A program made the translations under genes and the position numbers. A stretch of DNA of 64,000 nucleotides. Source: Lama glama. Its lineage: Eukaryota. The DNA lies in the NCBI GenBank assembly GCA_028534125.1, contig CM052818.1, positions 14,076,001 through 14,140,000 of the forward strand, in the 5' to 3' direction. This document shows positions 12,769-27,052 of the stretch, piece after piece. A model generated the notes under the pieces. That model did no database searches. It was not told where the DNA came from and worked only from the letters and a program-made list of their open reading frames with translations. Numbering within the stretch: position 1 is the first letter of the stretch; the number at the start of each line of letters is the position of its first letter.

Positions 12769-15180
12769 AAAAAATTATGGATTTGAAGGAGCAGCCAGGT
12801 AACACTGTTTCCACTGGTCAAGAGGATTTTCCATCTGTCCTGCTTGAAACTGCTGCTTCTCTTCCTTCTCTGTCTCTCTCAGCTGCTTCTTTTAAAGAAC
12901 ATGAATACCTTGGTAATTTACCAGCAGTACTACCTACTGAAGGAACGCTTCAAGAAATTTCAAATGAAGCTTGTAAAGAATTCTCTGAGAAGGCAAAAAA
13001 TCTATTTGTAGACAGAAATTTAACAGAGTTTTCAGAATTGGAATACTCAGAAATGGGATCATCACTTAGTGGCTCTCCAAAAGCAGAATCTGCCATAATC
13101 GTAACATATCCTAGGGAAGAAATAATGATGAAGAATAAAGATGAGGAAGAGGACTTAGTTAGTAATAAAATCCTTCATAGTCAGCAGGAGTTACCTGTAG
13201 TCCTTACCAAATCAGTTAAAGAAGACAGAGTTATGTCTCCAGAAAAAACAAAGGACAGTTTTAATGAAAAAGGAATTGGAGCAGAAGCTCCTTTGAGGGA
13301 GGAATATGCAGACTTCAAACCATTTGAGCAAGTATGGGAAGTAAAAGATACTTATAAGCAAGACAGTGATACGTTGGCTGTTGGAGGTAATATAGAGAGC
13401 AAATTGGAAAGTAAAGTGGATAAGAAACGTTTTTCAGATAGCCTTGAACAAACAAATCATGAAAAAGATAGTGAAAGCAGTAATGACGATACTTCCTTTC
13501 CCAGTACACCAGAAGCTATAAAAGATGGTTCAGGAGCATATATCACATGCGCTCCCTTTACCCCAGCAACAACTGAAAACATTTCAACAAACATTTTTCC
13601 TTTGTTGGAAGATCCTACTTCAGAAAATAAGACAGATGAAAAGAAAATAGAAGAAAAAAAGGCCCAAATTGTAACAGAGAAGAATGCTAGCACCAAAACA
13701 TCAGACCCTTTTCTGGCAGCAACACAGGAGTGTAAGACAGATTATGTCACAACAGATAATTTATCAAAGGTGACTGAGGAAGTAGTGGCAAACATGCCTG
13801 AAGGTCTAACCCCAGATTTAGTACAGGAAGCATGTGAAAGTGAATTGAATGAAGCTACAGGTACAAAAATTGCCTTTGAAACAAAAATGGACTTAGTTCA
13901 AACTTCAGAAGCTATGCAGGAGTCACTTTACCCTGTAGCACAACTATGCCCATCCTTTGAAGAATCTGAAGCTACTCCTTCGCCAGTTTTGCCTGACATT
14001 GTTATGGAAGCACCATTAAATTCTATAGTGCCTGGTGCTGGTGCTTCTGCAGTGCAGCCCAGTTCATCACCATTAGAAGCTCCTCCTTCAGTTAATTATG
14101 AAAGCATAAAACTTGAGCCTGAAAATCCACCACCATATGAAGAGGCTGTGAGTGTATCACTGCAAAAAGCACCAGGAATAAAGGAAGAAATTAAAGAGCC
14201 TGAAGGTATTAGTGTAGCTGTTCAAGAAACAGAAGCTCCTTATATATCTATTGCATGTGATTTAATTAAAGAAACAAAGCTCTCTACTGAACCAACTCCA
14301 GATTTCTCTAGTTATTCAGAAATAGCAAAAGTTGCACAGCCAGTGCCTGATCATTCTGAGCTAGTTGAAGATTCTTCACCTGATTCTGAACCAGTTGACT
14401 TATTTAGTGATGATTCAATACCTGAAGTTTCACAAAAACAAGATGAAGCTGTAATACTTGTGAAGGAAAACCTCATTGAAAGTTCATCTGAGTCAATGAT
14501 AATAGAACATGAAAACAAGGGGAAACTCAGTACTTCGCCATCACCTGAAGGGGGAAAGCCATATTTGGAATCATTTCAGCCCAGTTTAGATACCACAAAA
14601 GATACCTTACCACCTGATGAAGTCTCAACATTGACCCAAAAGGAGAAAATTCCTTTGCAGATGGAGGAGCTCAGTACTGCAGTTTATTCAAATGATGGCT
14701 TATTCATTACTAAGGAAGCAAAAATAAGAGATAGTGAAACATTTTCAGATTCATCTCCAATTGAGATTATAGATGAGTTCCCTACATTTGACAGTTCTAA
14801 AGCAGATTCTTCTCCTACATTAGCCAGGGAATACACTGACCTAGATGTATCCCACAAAAGTGAAATTGCTAATGTCCAAGATGAAGCTGTGTTACTGCCT
14901 TGCTCAGAATTACCCCATGACCTACCTTTCAAGAATGTACAACCTAAAGATGAAGATAAAGGTCATGTTCCAGATGATTTCTCCAAAGATAGGGCTGATA
15001 GTTCAGAGGTGCCCTTACTGCCTCCAGATGTTTCTGTTTTGGCTGCTCAAACAGAAATAGGCAGTATAGTTAAACCCAAAGTTCTTGTGAAAGAAGCTGA
15101 GAAAAAACTTCCTTCTGATATAGAGAAAGAGAACAGATTGCCATCTGCTATATTTTCAGCAGAGCTCAGTAAAACTTCAG
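12769..15180 (+). CDS. RTN4: RTN4 exon 3, Nogo-A-specific giant exon (2,412 bp; acidic disordered region containing the inhibitory delta-20 segment)
   Basis: Within ORF 12753-15272 (EKIMDLKEQPG...SAELSKTS). Acceptor ggtcacag|, donor CAG|gtaatc. Length divisible by 3, phase 1-1. Confidence 0.98.
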
Positions 15181-15879
15181 GTAATCAATCCATACATTAT
15201 TTTGTATTTTCTTACCACCTTTTGACTTATGGAACATTCCATTACATTTTATGTAATATATTGCATTTCTAATGTCTAATATATATCACATTGATAAGAA
15301 TTTTTCACTGTCTCAGTTAAAGGTTTCAGTGTTTTTTGTACTCTTGCACTCATCACTCATCCTTGCTCTTAACTTTTCCACATAATTATTCATTGGTCGT
15401 TTTTATATTGTACCATGGAACTAGAGAAAAATTTTTGTTAGAATTGGCTTCAATGTCTGTTCTCTTCAGTGTTTCCTGATAGCATGAAGAGCAAGAGGTA
15501 TTAAAACAGAATATTGTCAGATGTATTTATTGTTTCCCAGAAATTCCTTTATTTTAAAGTTTTAATGAAAGGTTTCTGTAACATATTTCTATTTCAATAT
15601 ACTGCAGTAACTTCCAGTAAGAGATATAAAGATAAGGATATTGAGTAGTGGACATTTCGTTAAGTGTAAATTGAGATATGCTATTATGAATTCTTTTGAA
15701 AAGTACTGATTTCTCGTATTTTTCTTTTGACTCTACATTTCCCACATACCTGATTTACGTGAAGTGAATTATACATGTGTTTTTTATTTAGCATTCTAAT
15801 TTAGATGTGCTTTCTATAAAAATATGTAGTGGTTACTGTGTGTTTACTGAATATATCTATGTACTGAAGATAGGTAGTA

Positions 15880-17800
15880 CTAGTGGCATAGAGACCAGTT
15901 TAGAGTTTGTTTCTATAGTCTAAGAGGAGTTGATGAAAATTGAGACAGTGGGATGAACAAGGAGACAGTACTTAGTTTTTGATTGGAATCAGACATGCAA
16001 GATAAGGGGTGGAGTTAAAGCTTACTAACCAGGAAACCTGAGTTCCTTGTGTGTTCAAATACATGGATGGCAGTATGAGAAACTGAGTTAGGGAACATAA
16101 GAAAATAACATGGGCTTAATGGGACAAAAATCAGTTTTGAATATGTTGCTATTAAGGTACCAAGAGATACCTAAGAATGATGGATATTGTACATATGAAG
16201 CTCTTGAGAGAGACCTTGGCTGTGTGTATATTTACTATGGGCTCAGAGATAGTAATTAAAAGTCACAGACATTAATTAGGGAGATCAGGGGGAAGAGGAA
16301 GATTTAAAGGTAGAAGAATTGGTCAACATTATCAAATACTAGAGAGCTCAGTTGAGAAAAGGATTAGGAATTTGTCAAAAGGGAGGGAAGGTGTTGTCAT
16401 GTCAGTGGCAGGTAGTGTGAGTGGGCAGGGCTAGCGTTGAGTTGAGGCACGAATGGGACTTGAGCAAACTACTGAATGTTGACAATCTTTAAGAAGCTTG
16501 AGAATGTGGGGAAAGTGTTAGCTGGCACAAGAGAAAGTACGAGGTTGAGGAAGGGCTTTTTTTTAAGGTAGGAGTGCAGGTCTGATTAAAGGTGCACTTT
16601 GTCAGGAGGGGATGAGATGAGATATAGAATTTAGATGGACAAATTATAGAGGAAGAAGGATTTTGAAAGACTTGTAGTGAGTGGAAGGAAAAGTATAGCT
16701 GTTGATACTGCTAGGGTTTTATGGCTGGAAGTTGATGATTTGTGTTTATTGTTTAAAAAAGTATGTTAGGTCATTTGTTGAGAATGAACTGGAACATGCT
16801 TGGGTGGAGAAGGTCTGAGATACCTTCTGACTAGGGAAGCAAAGGTATTGCACTAGGAGCCCAGTCAAGGTTGAAGGATGGTCTGTGTGGTAGGGTGACT
16901 TCTCTTTGACTGTGCCCAATCGCCTGGTTATGGGTTCAGGGAAGGTAAATGCTTGTATTGATTGAAGATTGTGTTTTGTTAGATGGGCCCAGGGAAGGAC
17001 AATGAGTCAAAGGAGTTAAGGATAGTAGCAAGCGTAGTTTGATGTGCTGGACTGTGGCATCTAAGTTGAAGAATATAAAGAGGAGAGGAGAGGCAGTTAA
17101 TAGATAAGAAAGTAGAAGGTCAAAGAACTCAAGTTCTAAATTAGATCTAAGAAGCAAGAGTAGTAGGAGTGAAAATACGAACACCAGAATGATAGGGGGT
17201 GTGGTCAAAGCAGGATTATGTGTGTGTATATATGTGTTAGATGTTGAATTTAGAATTCCAGGTTGATTATAATGGCCAGGGTTTGGACATGAGGCAAGGG
17301 CTAAAACTGAGTGGGGCAGAGTTTGCTAGAGGTGAGGTGAAGTAAAATGTGAAGCCAGGATGTTGGATTACTCTTATTACACATGACATTGAAGTTACCC
17401 AGGATGATGGCAGGACTTGGGTTGGAAAAGAAGGTTAGGAGCTAGGGACAAGAGACTTTGGTACAGGGCAGTGAGGCAACAGGCAGGGTGGTAGATAGAA
17501 GCAGTAAGGAAAGAAAGACATAGCTAAATAGCTAAGGTTTTTGCCCAGTGCCCTGAAATAGTAGTCTGGAAACAGCATTGGTGAACAAGAAGAGCACTGG
17601 CCTCTCCTCCTCTCTCTTGGTGCATAGTGTGTAGGAGAATAAAAAGTCTCCATTTAGAGAGTTCCATGGGAAAGCAGTATCCTCAGGGAAGACCCAGGTT
17701 TTAGTGAACGGACGTAAAATGGCAGGGATATTCACGAAAGGCATTGAAGGTTAGAGGTGGTTCATAGGGGAATGGGGATTTCAAACAGCACAGCGAAGTG
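15880..17800 (-). mobile_element. Highly degraded LINE-2 region (approximate bounds)
   Basis: Long purine-rich tract with L2-like phrases (ggtcaacattatcaaatactagagag, ttgaagttacccagg). Confidence 0.45.
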
Positions 17801-19692
17801 GTATAGGAGAGAACAGTAGGGAAGCGTCTGGGAAGCCCAGAGCAGCATGGTGATGAAAGCATGGGTGAAGACCAAGGATAAGCGGTGATGTGTGAGTAGT
17901 TGTTTTAACAGCCTGTGCTGTCCAGTTCCCTCTACCTGATACTCCCTCTCAAAACTTAATGCTAGCAGTCCTCTGGTACATGGGGCACTCGGGTATTTCA
18001 GAAGTCAACTTTTTCTTGGGTTGACTTTACGAGACCTAGGATCTTGGCCTGTAGCCAGTTTAGAATTAAGGAAAGAAAAGAGGGCAGTGCCTTTGAAGAC
18101 TAAGTAGGGGATGACTGAATAAGGAAGTAAAAGCAATAGTTGAGCTATTGCTATAATAGTTCTTTAGAAAATAGTTACTAATGTCTTTTCTGTGAGAAAT
18201 TGTGACCTATGCTGCTTTTACTCAAACTTTTTTGATATGAACTATTATCATAGCAGCTAACCAGAGAATAGAAAATTATTTGGATACACTTAAATGTGTC
18301 TACTCTACAAAAGTCATGGAAAGGGAAACCAGTGTGGTGTAGTAAATATAATACAGATAACATGAGTTTTAGTCTTGGCTGTACCACTGACAACCACTTT
18401 ATCTGTCTCGAGGTTAGTTTCATTTTCTGTAAAAGGAAGGGGATTATATTAGGTCCTTGCAACTTGATGGTTTCTTTGACTTAATTTTAAGTAGGTAAGT
18501 AGTTTAGTGTGCTTTATACTAAGCAGTGTGCTAATTGTGGGGGGCAATAAAGACTAAGACAAAATCTTGCCCTCATGCAACTTTCTCAGCTGGTGGAGAC
18601 AGACTGGTAAGAACATAGCTAAACATTATAATATGTGTTATAAGGGTACAGGTGCTTCCCTGTCTTCCTGAAAATGTAGGCTCAGTGTTAATGAAGTCAC
18701 ATGTACCAAAATGCAGCAAGAGACTGACAGGATTACCATTGGAAGGCTCTATTCTTGACTAATAATTTTCTGTATCTTTGATTATGATATATTTAGGTGT
18801 TTTAAAAAAAAGATTCTGGGTCTTATTATTGAATATACAGTTAAACATGAAAACATTGATAAGTATTAAATAATAAATAAAACTCCCTCAGATAATTTAT
18901 TAGCTCCAGTTTGCTCTCCTTGTTTTCTTGAAATGACATTTGTAGACAGAATTCTGTTTTAATTTTGAGAAGAAAGACTGATTTTGTAAGACAAATGAGC
19001 AGGATATTATGGTGCAGACTTTGATACCTTATTGATATTTTTGAATACAACTTGTTATGAGAAAAATGAATACTAGCCTTCCTCTTCTGCCTTGATAAAG
19101 TTATTTTATCAAACTGTATTCTTAATAATTAAATATAAATGCTGCTTTTTCTCAGTTCATAATTATGAACATTTGTTCTGTTTTTTTCTTTCACTGTACT
19201 TTGTTTAGAGGCTCAGTATTTCCCATATGTTCTCTGTTTACTTTTTTAAAAAAAATCTGTAGCTAAAGATCTGTTTTTGGTACCCTGACGGTTTCCATTT
19301 TTGTTTAAAATATATTATGGCTATCACTGGCACTTTAATTTTTCACTTTCCACTCATTTTAAATAAAAATGTATAAGTTAGAATATTCTAATTATTGTGT
19401 AGATTTATACTACTATAGGTCCAGATAATGAAACTTCTGAAAGGAATAGTTAACTGATAGGCAGCACTACCAGATGACAATTAAAATGTTTTTCTCAGAT
19501 GAAACATGGAAGTCTCAGTTTGTCACAGAATGATGGTTTAGGAATATAAGTATATAATGATTGGAAGTGGAAGACCATCAGCACATACTAAGGGAACAGA
19601 GAGGCTAGCTCTTCTTTGGGGTATTACGAATGGCTTCACGAAGAGATAATCCTTTGAAAGTTACAGTTAACAATTGTGAGTAAACATAGAGA

Positions 19693-19759
19693 ACACACAC
19701 ACACACACACATATACATGTGTATGTATATATATGTATGTCATGTATATATATGTATGT
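19693..19759. repeat. (AC)n / (TA,TATG)n compound microsatellite
   Basis: Directly visible. Confidence 0.9.
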
Positions 19760-20009
19760 TATGGTCAGTATATAGAAACCTACTCATTTGAAACTAGGGA
19801 CCTAGATGGATTTGCAGACTGGCCCTGGGTGACTTAAGTGAAAAGAACATTCAGGTTTATTCAGAACTAAACTGAAAAACCAATCTATGCTGAAGGAGAG
19901 TTTGATACAATATATACTACATTTTCTGTGACTGGAATTAAGCAGAATTTTTTTTTTTAAAACCTGTGGTATCATTTAGAAGACTTTTAAAAAAAAGATA
20001 ATTGCTTTT

Positions 20010-21560
20010 TAAAAATTAACTTTCATATGGAAATAACTTCAAACTTAAAAACAATTGCAAAAAACTAGTACAAAGAATGTCTTATATTTTTCATCTAAAT
20101 TTGCCTACTAACATATCCCCATTTGCTTTATTATTTATGATCTATTTTTATAAATAACTAATAATGGATACATAGATACATCCTTTTTTTCCTGAACCAT
20201 TTAAGAGTAAGTTATATACATTCTATTTTATCTCTTAGTACTTCAGAAGGGGACATTCTCTTACATAACCTCAGCACAGCTATTAACTTTATAAATTTAC
20301 ATTGATAAAATACTTTTTTCTAATCTACCACCCATATTCCAGTTGTGTTACTTGACCTAATACTGTTCTTTATATTGTCCTCTACTGGAAGGTCCAGTCT
20401 AAAGCCAAGTTTTACATTAAGTTGTTATGTTGCTTTTGGCTCTTTGAGTCTGGAATATTTCCAGTCTTTATCTCTTATGACATTTTTGAAGAACACAGGC
20501 CCTTTCCCTTCTCCCTTTTTGGTAGAACATTCCTCATTTTGCATGTCTGATGTTTCTTAGTGATTAGGTTGAGTTTATGGATTCATGGCCAAAATGAAGA
20601 TGATGTAGTGCCCCTCTTTATGGTATCTATCTGGAAGTACTTACTGTCAGTCCCTCACTGATGAGGTTAATTTAGACCATCTGGTCACGGTGGTCCCTCA
20701 TTTCCTTTTTGTGTAATTACTGTCTTTCTTCCTCCTTGACAACTAATAAGCAGTCTGATGGGGACACTTCAAGACCATGCATATATCCTGCCCTCCACCA
20801 GAATTTCCTTCCTAGATTTAGTACCTGTTGATGATTCTTGTTTGATTCATTCTTTACCATTAAGTTTTCAAAATGATTTTTCAGTTCTGATACTTCCTCT
20901 ACTTTTTTCAGTCAACCCTGGCATTCTGCTCTTAAGAGCTCTCCTTTTCCATTAATTAATTAATTATCAGTATGGATCCATAAATTTATCATTTCCCCCC
21001 AGTGGTTTATAATTCATTACTATACTTAATTTTTTTGGTCTTAAATTGTCCCAGATTTGGAGGGCTCTCCTTCAGGTTGGCTCAAGGACATGGAGCTATC
21101 TTTCTTTTTGAGTGGACAAGAAAGAACTTATTTCTAGCATAGCAAAACATTGTAGGCTCATCTTTTGTCCACTCTGCCTCAGCCTGAAATTAACTATTTC
21201 TCCAAGGATCCCTTTTTCCATTTAGTGATTGAGATCTGGATGCTGTCAGTACCTTGCTAGTGTGGGGCCTTTCCATTGTAGTCCTTTCAGCAGACAGAGG
21301 TAGGAAGTGCTTATATACATATACAAATGAACATAAGCACATACACATATTTATGAAATCATAAGTACACAGATACCTCCATTCCAGAACATTCCCAGAG
21401 AACTATTTCTTCATTTCATATTTGTATGTTCCTTCTATAGTGAGAACTTGGCTCCTAACACTACCAAACATTTAGTTGTTTATTTAATCCTTGAATACAT
21501 CTAACATAGTTTCATAATGTTTTAGAATTATAATAAATATAATAAAAGAATTCAGGATTA
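20010..21560 (-). mobile_element. Old L1 (L1MC/ME-type) 3' region (approximate bounds)
   Basis: Phrases atggaaataacttcaaactta...tagtacaaagaa, gggacattctcttacataacc, aaattgtcccagatttgg. Confidence 0.65.
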
Positions 21561-24436
21561 TTTTACAGATCCATCTCCCTCAGCCCTGCCCAAGATTGAA
21601 TGTATATATAGTGAAGTACAAGGTACTTGGATTAGTTTTATTTTCCCCTTTCCCTCTATTTTCCCTTACCTTCAATGTGGTTATAATACTCATTTGAAAT
21701 AAAGTTAGATTAATTTGTTTTAGTTTGCTTGCTTAAGAATTTTGAAAGACCAAGAAAAGTCAAATTCTTTGCATTTTACCTGGAAAGGGGAGACTACCAT
21801 TTATGAGAAATCTTTTAAACAACCAAGCACTTTCATATAGTCATCTCATTTAGTCTTCACCATAATCGGAAAGAAGGAACCATTTTATGGATGACAGAAC
21901 CTAAATCTAGGGATGTTAAGAAACTTTCCCAAGGCTACATAGTAAGCACAATACTTTGGAGCTTCTACTGTGCTCCAGATGTCCAGTTAACTGTCTTACT
22001 TGTATTAGTTCTTACCTAATTCCACAAGGCAGATCTTTTTTCGAGTGGGTGAAGAACTGGGATGTCAGCTAGGTTTTGTTCCCTTCACAGTTTCCCCATT
22101 TTGGAATAAGCAGTTACTGTCCTAAATTTAGCACACGACCAAGGTGCTGCTGCTTTTATTACATTGTGTTGGGGGCATTAGCCAATGCAAGACATTTTTA
22201 AAAAGTTAGGAAAGTGGGTTACCATGTACATTTTCTCACGTGGTCTTCCACAGATAGGGATGTCAGAATGAGGGTAACATTCTGTTTCTTCTGTGTGGAG
22301 ACTGAGTAACTATTGTGGTGGACAACTGCTGTCTATGTTGTTGGTTAGGTCATTGGTTAAGAAAGGTGCTAATGTCTCCCATCTAAACCACTGAGACCTT
22401 TGATTTAATGATAGTGATTGCTTAGTACATGTTTGTTGGTTGCTTGGTTTGCTACTAATGCACAGAATATTTTCAGTTCATAATGAGCATATAGATTGTG
22501 TTTTGCTGATCTTTTGGTGAGTGAAATATAAACCAACCACAAGTTGATTGTTCATTATATATAGTTAAACTATGTGCTACTAGGAATAACCAAATAGTAT
22601 TGCCATAATAAAGAATTCACTGAAAAATGGCCCCTTTATCTAGGTAAAGAATGGAAAATTACCTTTTGTCAGTTTACATATACTTCTTAAATATGTTCAT
22701 GAATAAATGCTTTCTTTTGATAGTGTTTTTGACTTAGAACATTTTTCTTATATTAATTTAAAAATTGGTTATATAGCCTTTAGGCGTTTTCAGTAAAGCA
22801 TTATAGATAGTAAGTATTTTTGTTAAATTTTTAGTGAGCATATTTAGGATGCTTTTGATAATTAATAGTTGGACTTTGATTAGGACAGTGAGCAGTTAAT
22901 CTTATAAAAGTAGAAATTTAAATACCCAGAAAAATGAAAATGTTAAACACATTGAGTAATAATATCTTTAACTGGAAGGCTTTTAGTAAATGTGCAGTAT
23001 AGCTAAATTAGAAACTGACTTATTAATAAAGTAGTTGATTATACTTAAATATGTGACATTGTCAAATTAGTATGGATTTATTTAGTGCTTACTATGAATC
23101 CAATACAGGTTGAAAATAAACATGAAATAAAACGTAAAAGACATATAATATGGTTGAAAACTTCATTTTGGGCTTCTTACAGACCTAATTTCTAATCCTG
23201 ACTTTATCACCAATTAGCTGTATGACCTTGGGCAAATGTTTTAATCTACTTGAGCTTCAGTTAAGTTTAGTAGTCAGAATTTCTCTCAAGAAATTCTATC
23301 AATGAAGTCAGGACAGCAGTAGTACATGAAGTAATCTGAAGTAATATATGCTCTTTACGCAAATTTGAGAAATATGGAAAAGCATTGTGATAAAATTGTA
23401 TTGCTTAGTCATAATCATTGCTAATGTTTTAGAATATGTTCTTTTAGTCTATTTTCTATGCATATGGATACTTTATGAATACAGTGAAAAAATTTTTCCA
23501 AATTAGGATCATACTTTACGCATTGTTTATAGCTTTAAAAAATTTTAGTACTATATAATGCCAACATTTCCATGTTTTTATTCTTCTGCTATATGATTAT
23601 TTAATGCTTATTGTTCCTTGCTTTGGGTATATTACAATTTAACCAGTCAGTTTGCTAGGACCCTTAGATTGTTTCTAGCTTTTTAATTTATAAATAATGC
23701 TGTTATTAACCTCTTTATATTTAAATGTTTTACATACCTCTGAATTACTCTTTTCCATAAATTACCAGAAATAAAACCTTAGGTAATTGGGTAAGAGCAT
23801 TTTTAAGAGTTTTTTTAAAAACTGGCTGTCAGAAAACTTGTACTAATTTTTACCCTTTTAATGGAGTAAGAAAACACCCATTTTTCTATTAGTTACCAAC
23901 AATTAATTTTTTTGGGGGGGGATAGCTAATGACTTCCCACATTATACGGAGTTCAAAAAGTGTAATTACAGCAAGTCTTGCTGTCTTAGCAAGCTACCTA
24001 GTACTCCTTCCTAGAGTCACCTACTAGGCCTTACTTAAGTATCCTTCCAGACATTCTGTACTTGGCTTTTTTATTTTTTTTAAACTTTTACCAGCTTTTG
24101 GTAGGTTACAGTAGTATCTTGCTGTTTTGAACTTTGATTATTAGTGAAGGTGAACATGTTCCACATATTTATTGGTGGTTTGTATTGCTTTTGTGAATTT
24201 CCTGTTCATACCCTTTGCCCATCTTTAAATTTAGAAGTTCATCTCTTTCTGATTTTAAAAGTTCTTTATATACAGTGGATGCAAATTCTTACCATGTTAC
24301 AGTTTCCCCTTAGTTTTCTAAACAATTTTTATTTTACTCTACATTTTAGTGGGCATTTTTAGTTTTCATGTGGGAAATTTTTAAACTTTGTATACTAATT
24401 TATAGTTTTAACTTCACATTTCATTCTGATCTATTT

Positions 24437-24569
24437 TTTAAAATTTATTTTATTTTTTGCAGGGGGAGGTTTATCTATTTATTTATTTTTAGAGCAGGTA
24501 TGGTGACTTGAACCCAGGACCTCGTGCATTTTAAGCATGTACTCTACCACTTGAGCTATACCCTCCCCC
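24437..24569 (-). mobile_element. tRNA(Ala)-derived SINE, Vic-1-like (camelid), with perfect 17-bp TSD
   Basis: Reverse complement GGGGGAGGGTATAGCTCAAGTGGTAGAG...GGGTTCAAGTC contains A and B boxes and an A-rich tail. TSD ttcattctgatctattt at 24420-24436 and 24570-24586. Confidence 0.88.
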
Positions 24570-26947
24570 TTCATTCTGATCTATTTAAAATTGATATTGA
24601 ATTCTGGTCAGAGATCATTTTATCCCACATGCCTTTTTGGTCGTGGAGTTGTTTTCCTATTCACATCATACTCTGATACAGTTCCCTAGTACCAGGCAAC
24701 AATCCTAGGGAAGAGCCAGAAAATTGAGACCTTTTTTGCCAGATTGTATGCTTTGGGTTGGACAGTCATCTGTACTATGGGTGTTGGTGCCATCTAGTGT
24801 TGTAGATAGAGCATTCCATAGAGCTCGTTTTCTATGACCATATGGAAATTCAGTTGGGCAGAGAAATTTAGTGAGTTGTGAATATTAATTTCATACTAAT
24901 AAATGACTTTGCAAATGACTTTATAAAAGGATTTTGAATTTTGACACATTGTACTGAATCAAACAGATGCTTATATCATGCTACTAAAAACATTATGAAA
25001 TGACCCTAAAGATTCCCCCAGACATGTACTTTAATGAAAACTTAGAAGTTTTAAAAGATCTGTTCAGAGCCTAATGACAGTTAAATTTTTGAATTCCAAA
25101 TTTAAAAATGTTTTGGATCTTTTGGAATATCTGTATATTTATTTTAGATTATAATCTAAGAAATCAGCGTTTATTTGGTCTCATTGAATAGTATCACTTT
25201 CAGTTTTTTTCTGTATGGTTTTTAGTGTTCATTTAAGCAGCTTTTACAAAATTTTTATAGACCTTAAAGTGCTCATTATTTATTTGTCATTTTAACTTGT
25301 ATTGTCATTCATTTTCTAAATTAAAGTCTTCGTGTCTTAAGATTCAATTCAGTAAAGTTGAAGTGCTATAATTTAGTCCATAGAGGGCATTATGTTACAG
25401 CATATGATATTGAACAGAATTATTTAATACCTTTCAGTAATGAGACATACATTTATTTTCATACTTTTGTATAGCTCAGGATAATTAAACTTTGAAATCA
25501 GTTTAAAACTACTATGTAGCTATATTTTTTTTTAATTAAAAAATCTTATTTTCTATTGCTGAAAAGTAGAGATAATTTTTTTTAGCTATCACGAATTGTG
25601 TAAAAGTAATGCCCAATTTAGAGAGTAGCACTTTCAATCCAAGTGGCCACATCTTTCTCACCTTATTTCCCTTGATCTCTAAACATTGTGAAGCAAACAA
25701 AACAAAACAAAAACTTGAGTTTTTTAGGGGTTCAGAAGTGGAGGAAGGAAAGAAATGGAAAAAGGAGGACCACCTTGGGAGAGCTGGCTCAAGTTACAGC
25801 TTACATACATATTACTGCCTATTCCAAAATACAGTCCTCTACTCTGAAATCCTGCCGCTTAGATACAAGCCAAACACACACAGACACACACACACAATAT
25901 TTATGAGGGTGTTACAGAGAAAGGAGTTTTTTTATACTTTAGTAGGAATTAATCTAATCATATAATTTTCCTACTAATGAGGTAAGTGCATTAAGAAAAT
26001 GAGAGTTTTGATTTGAGATAGGAGAGGAGAAATGTAGCTAATTCCTTCCTTTTGAAAGGAGTTAGGTACATGCTTGGGGAGGTTTTGGTCATTGGTTTTT
26101 TTTGTCATGGCTGGTACTGGGGATATGGACATTGAGGAATAAGAAGTTGTCAAGAACTCTGAACAGGTTATTTCTAAAGTTCTGTGTAAGGCTGATTTTT
26201 AGTTCAGGAAAAGAAGAATGTCGTCCGTCTGTCCCCGCCCCTCTCGCACCCACGGTAGGCAGTAGGACTTAGAATTCAGACAGCACTTTTTTGATTGTAT
26301 TATAAAGGAATCTTTTGGGGACCCCTTCTTTGGAAGCATTTATTTTGAAGGGAAAATATGTTCCTATTCCAAATAATCAATGTGGGATGTATCTGCTCTA
26401 TTTGAAAATCATCCTTGAAATAATTTTTTTTCATTTTTTTAAACAAAATGTTAAATATTTGAAGGAAAACAAAATAAATGATAAGTCTTTAACAGATTTA
26501 TATTCTTTATTTGCTCATTTTAAGTTGGGATTTAATGTGGCTCTATAAACCATCCATATATAAATTTTTCTCAGCTGGAGGAGAATAGTTACATAGCAAA
26601 GCATAATAATTTGTGTGTGGGGTGGGGAGGGGGGTGCTTCTGTTTAGAGGGTATTGAGTTGTGTAGAATTGAATGGTTTAATACATGTACTTTCTTAGAT
26701 GAGTTTTTCAGGCTTTGTCTTCTTGTGGTTTAACTGTTAAATTTTTATCATCATAATAGTAAATAGCTAGCACTTATACAGGGCCACATTTTGTCAGGCA
26801 CTGTCCTGAGGCCTTTTGTACACAGTGACTCATTTGATCCTTACAATAAGCCTAGCCCAGTGGCTTTACATTTTTAACAGATTTGTCTCATCAGATTTTC
26901 AAATTTAAGTGCTTCTTAGTTTACCAAACTTGAAACAACTCTAGAAA

Positions 26948-27052
26948 GGGAAGGGAAATAGCTCAGTGGTAGTGTGTTCTTAGCTTGCACAAGGTCCTGG
27001 GTTCAATCCCCACTACCTACATAAAAAATAAAAACAAACCAAAAAAAAAAAA
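26948..27052 (+). mobile_element. Second Vic-1-like tRNA-derived SINE
   Basis: gggaagggaaatagctcagtggtag...gggttcaatccc plus poly(A) tail. Degenerate TSD aaacaactcta / aaacactcta. Confidence 0.8.

Noticed and set aside
12753..15272. 839-aa ORF read as a stand-alone intronless gene
   Set aside because: It is RTN4 exon 3 with good splice sites at 12769 and 15180; the extra N- and C-terminal residues are intronic run-on.
24490..24569. tRNA gene (also at 26948-27015)
   Set aside because: Degenerate stems, A-rich tail and TSD indicate SINE copies rather than functional tRNAs.
26221..26255. Short GC-rich patch with an Sp1-like ccccgcccc
   Set aside because: Far too short for a CpG island, and a single motif is not sufficient evidence of a promoter.
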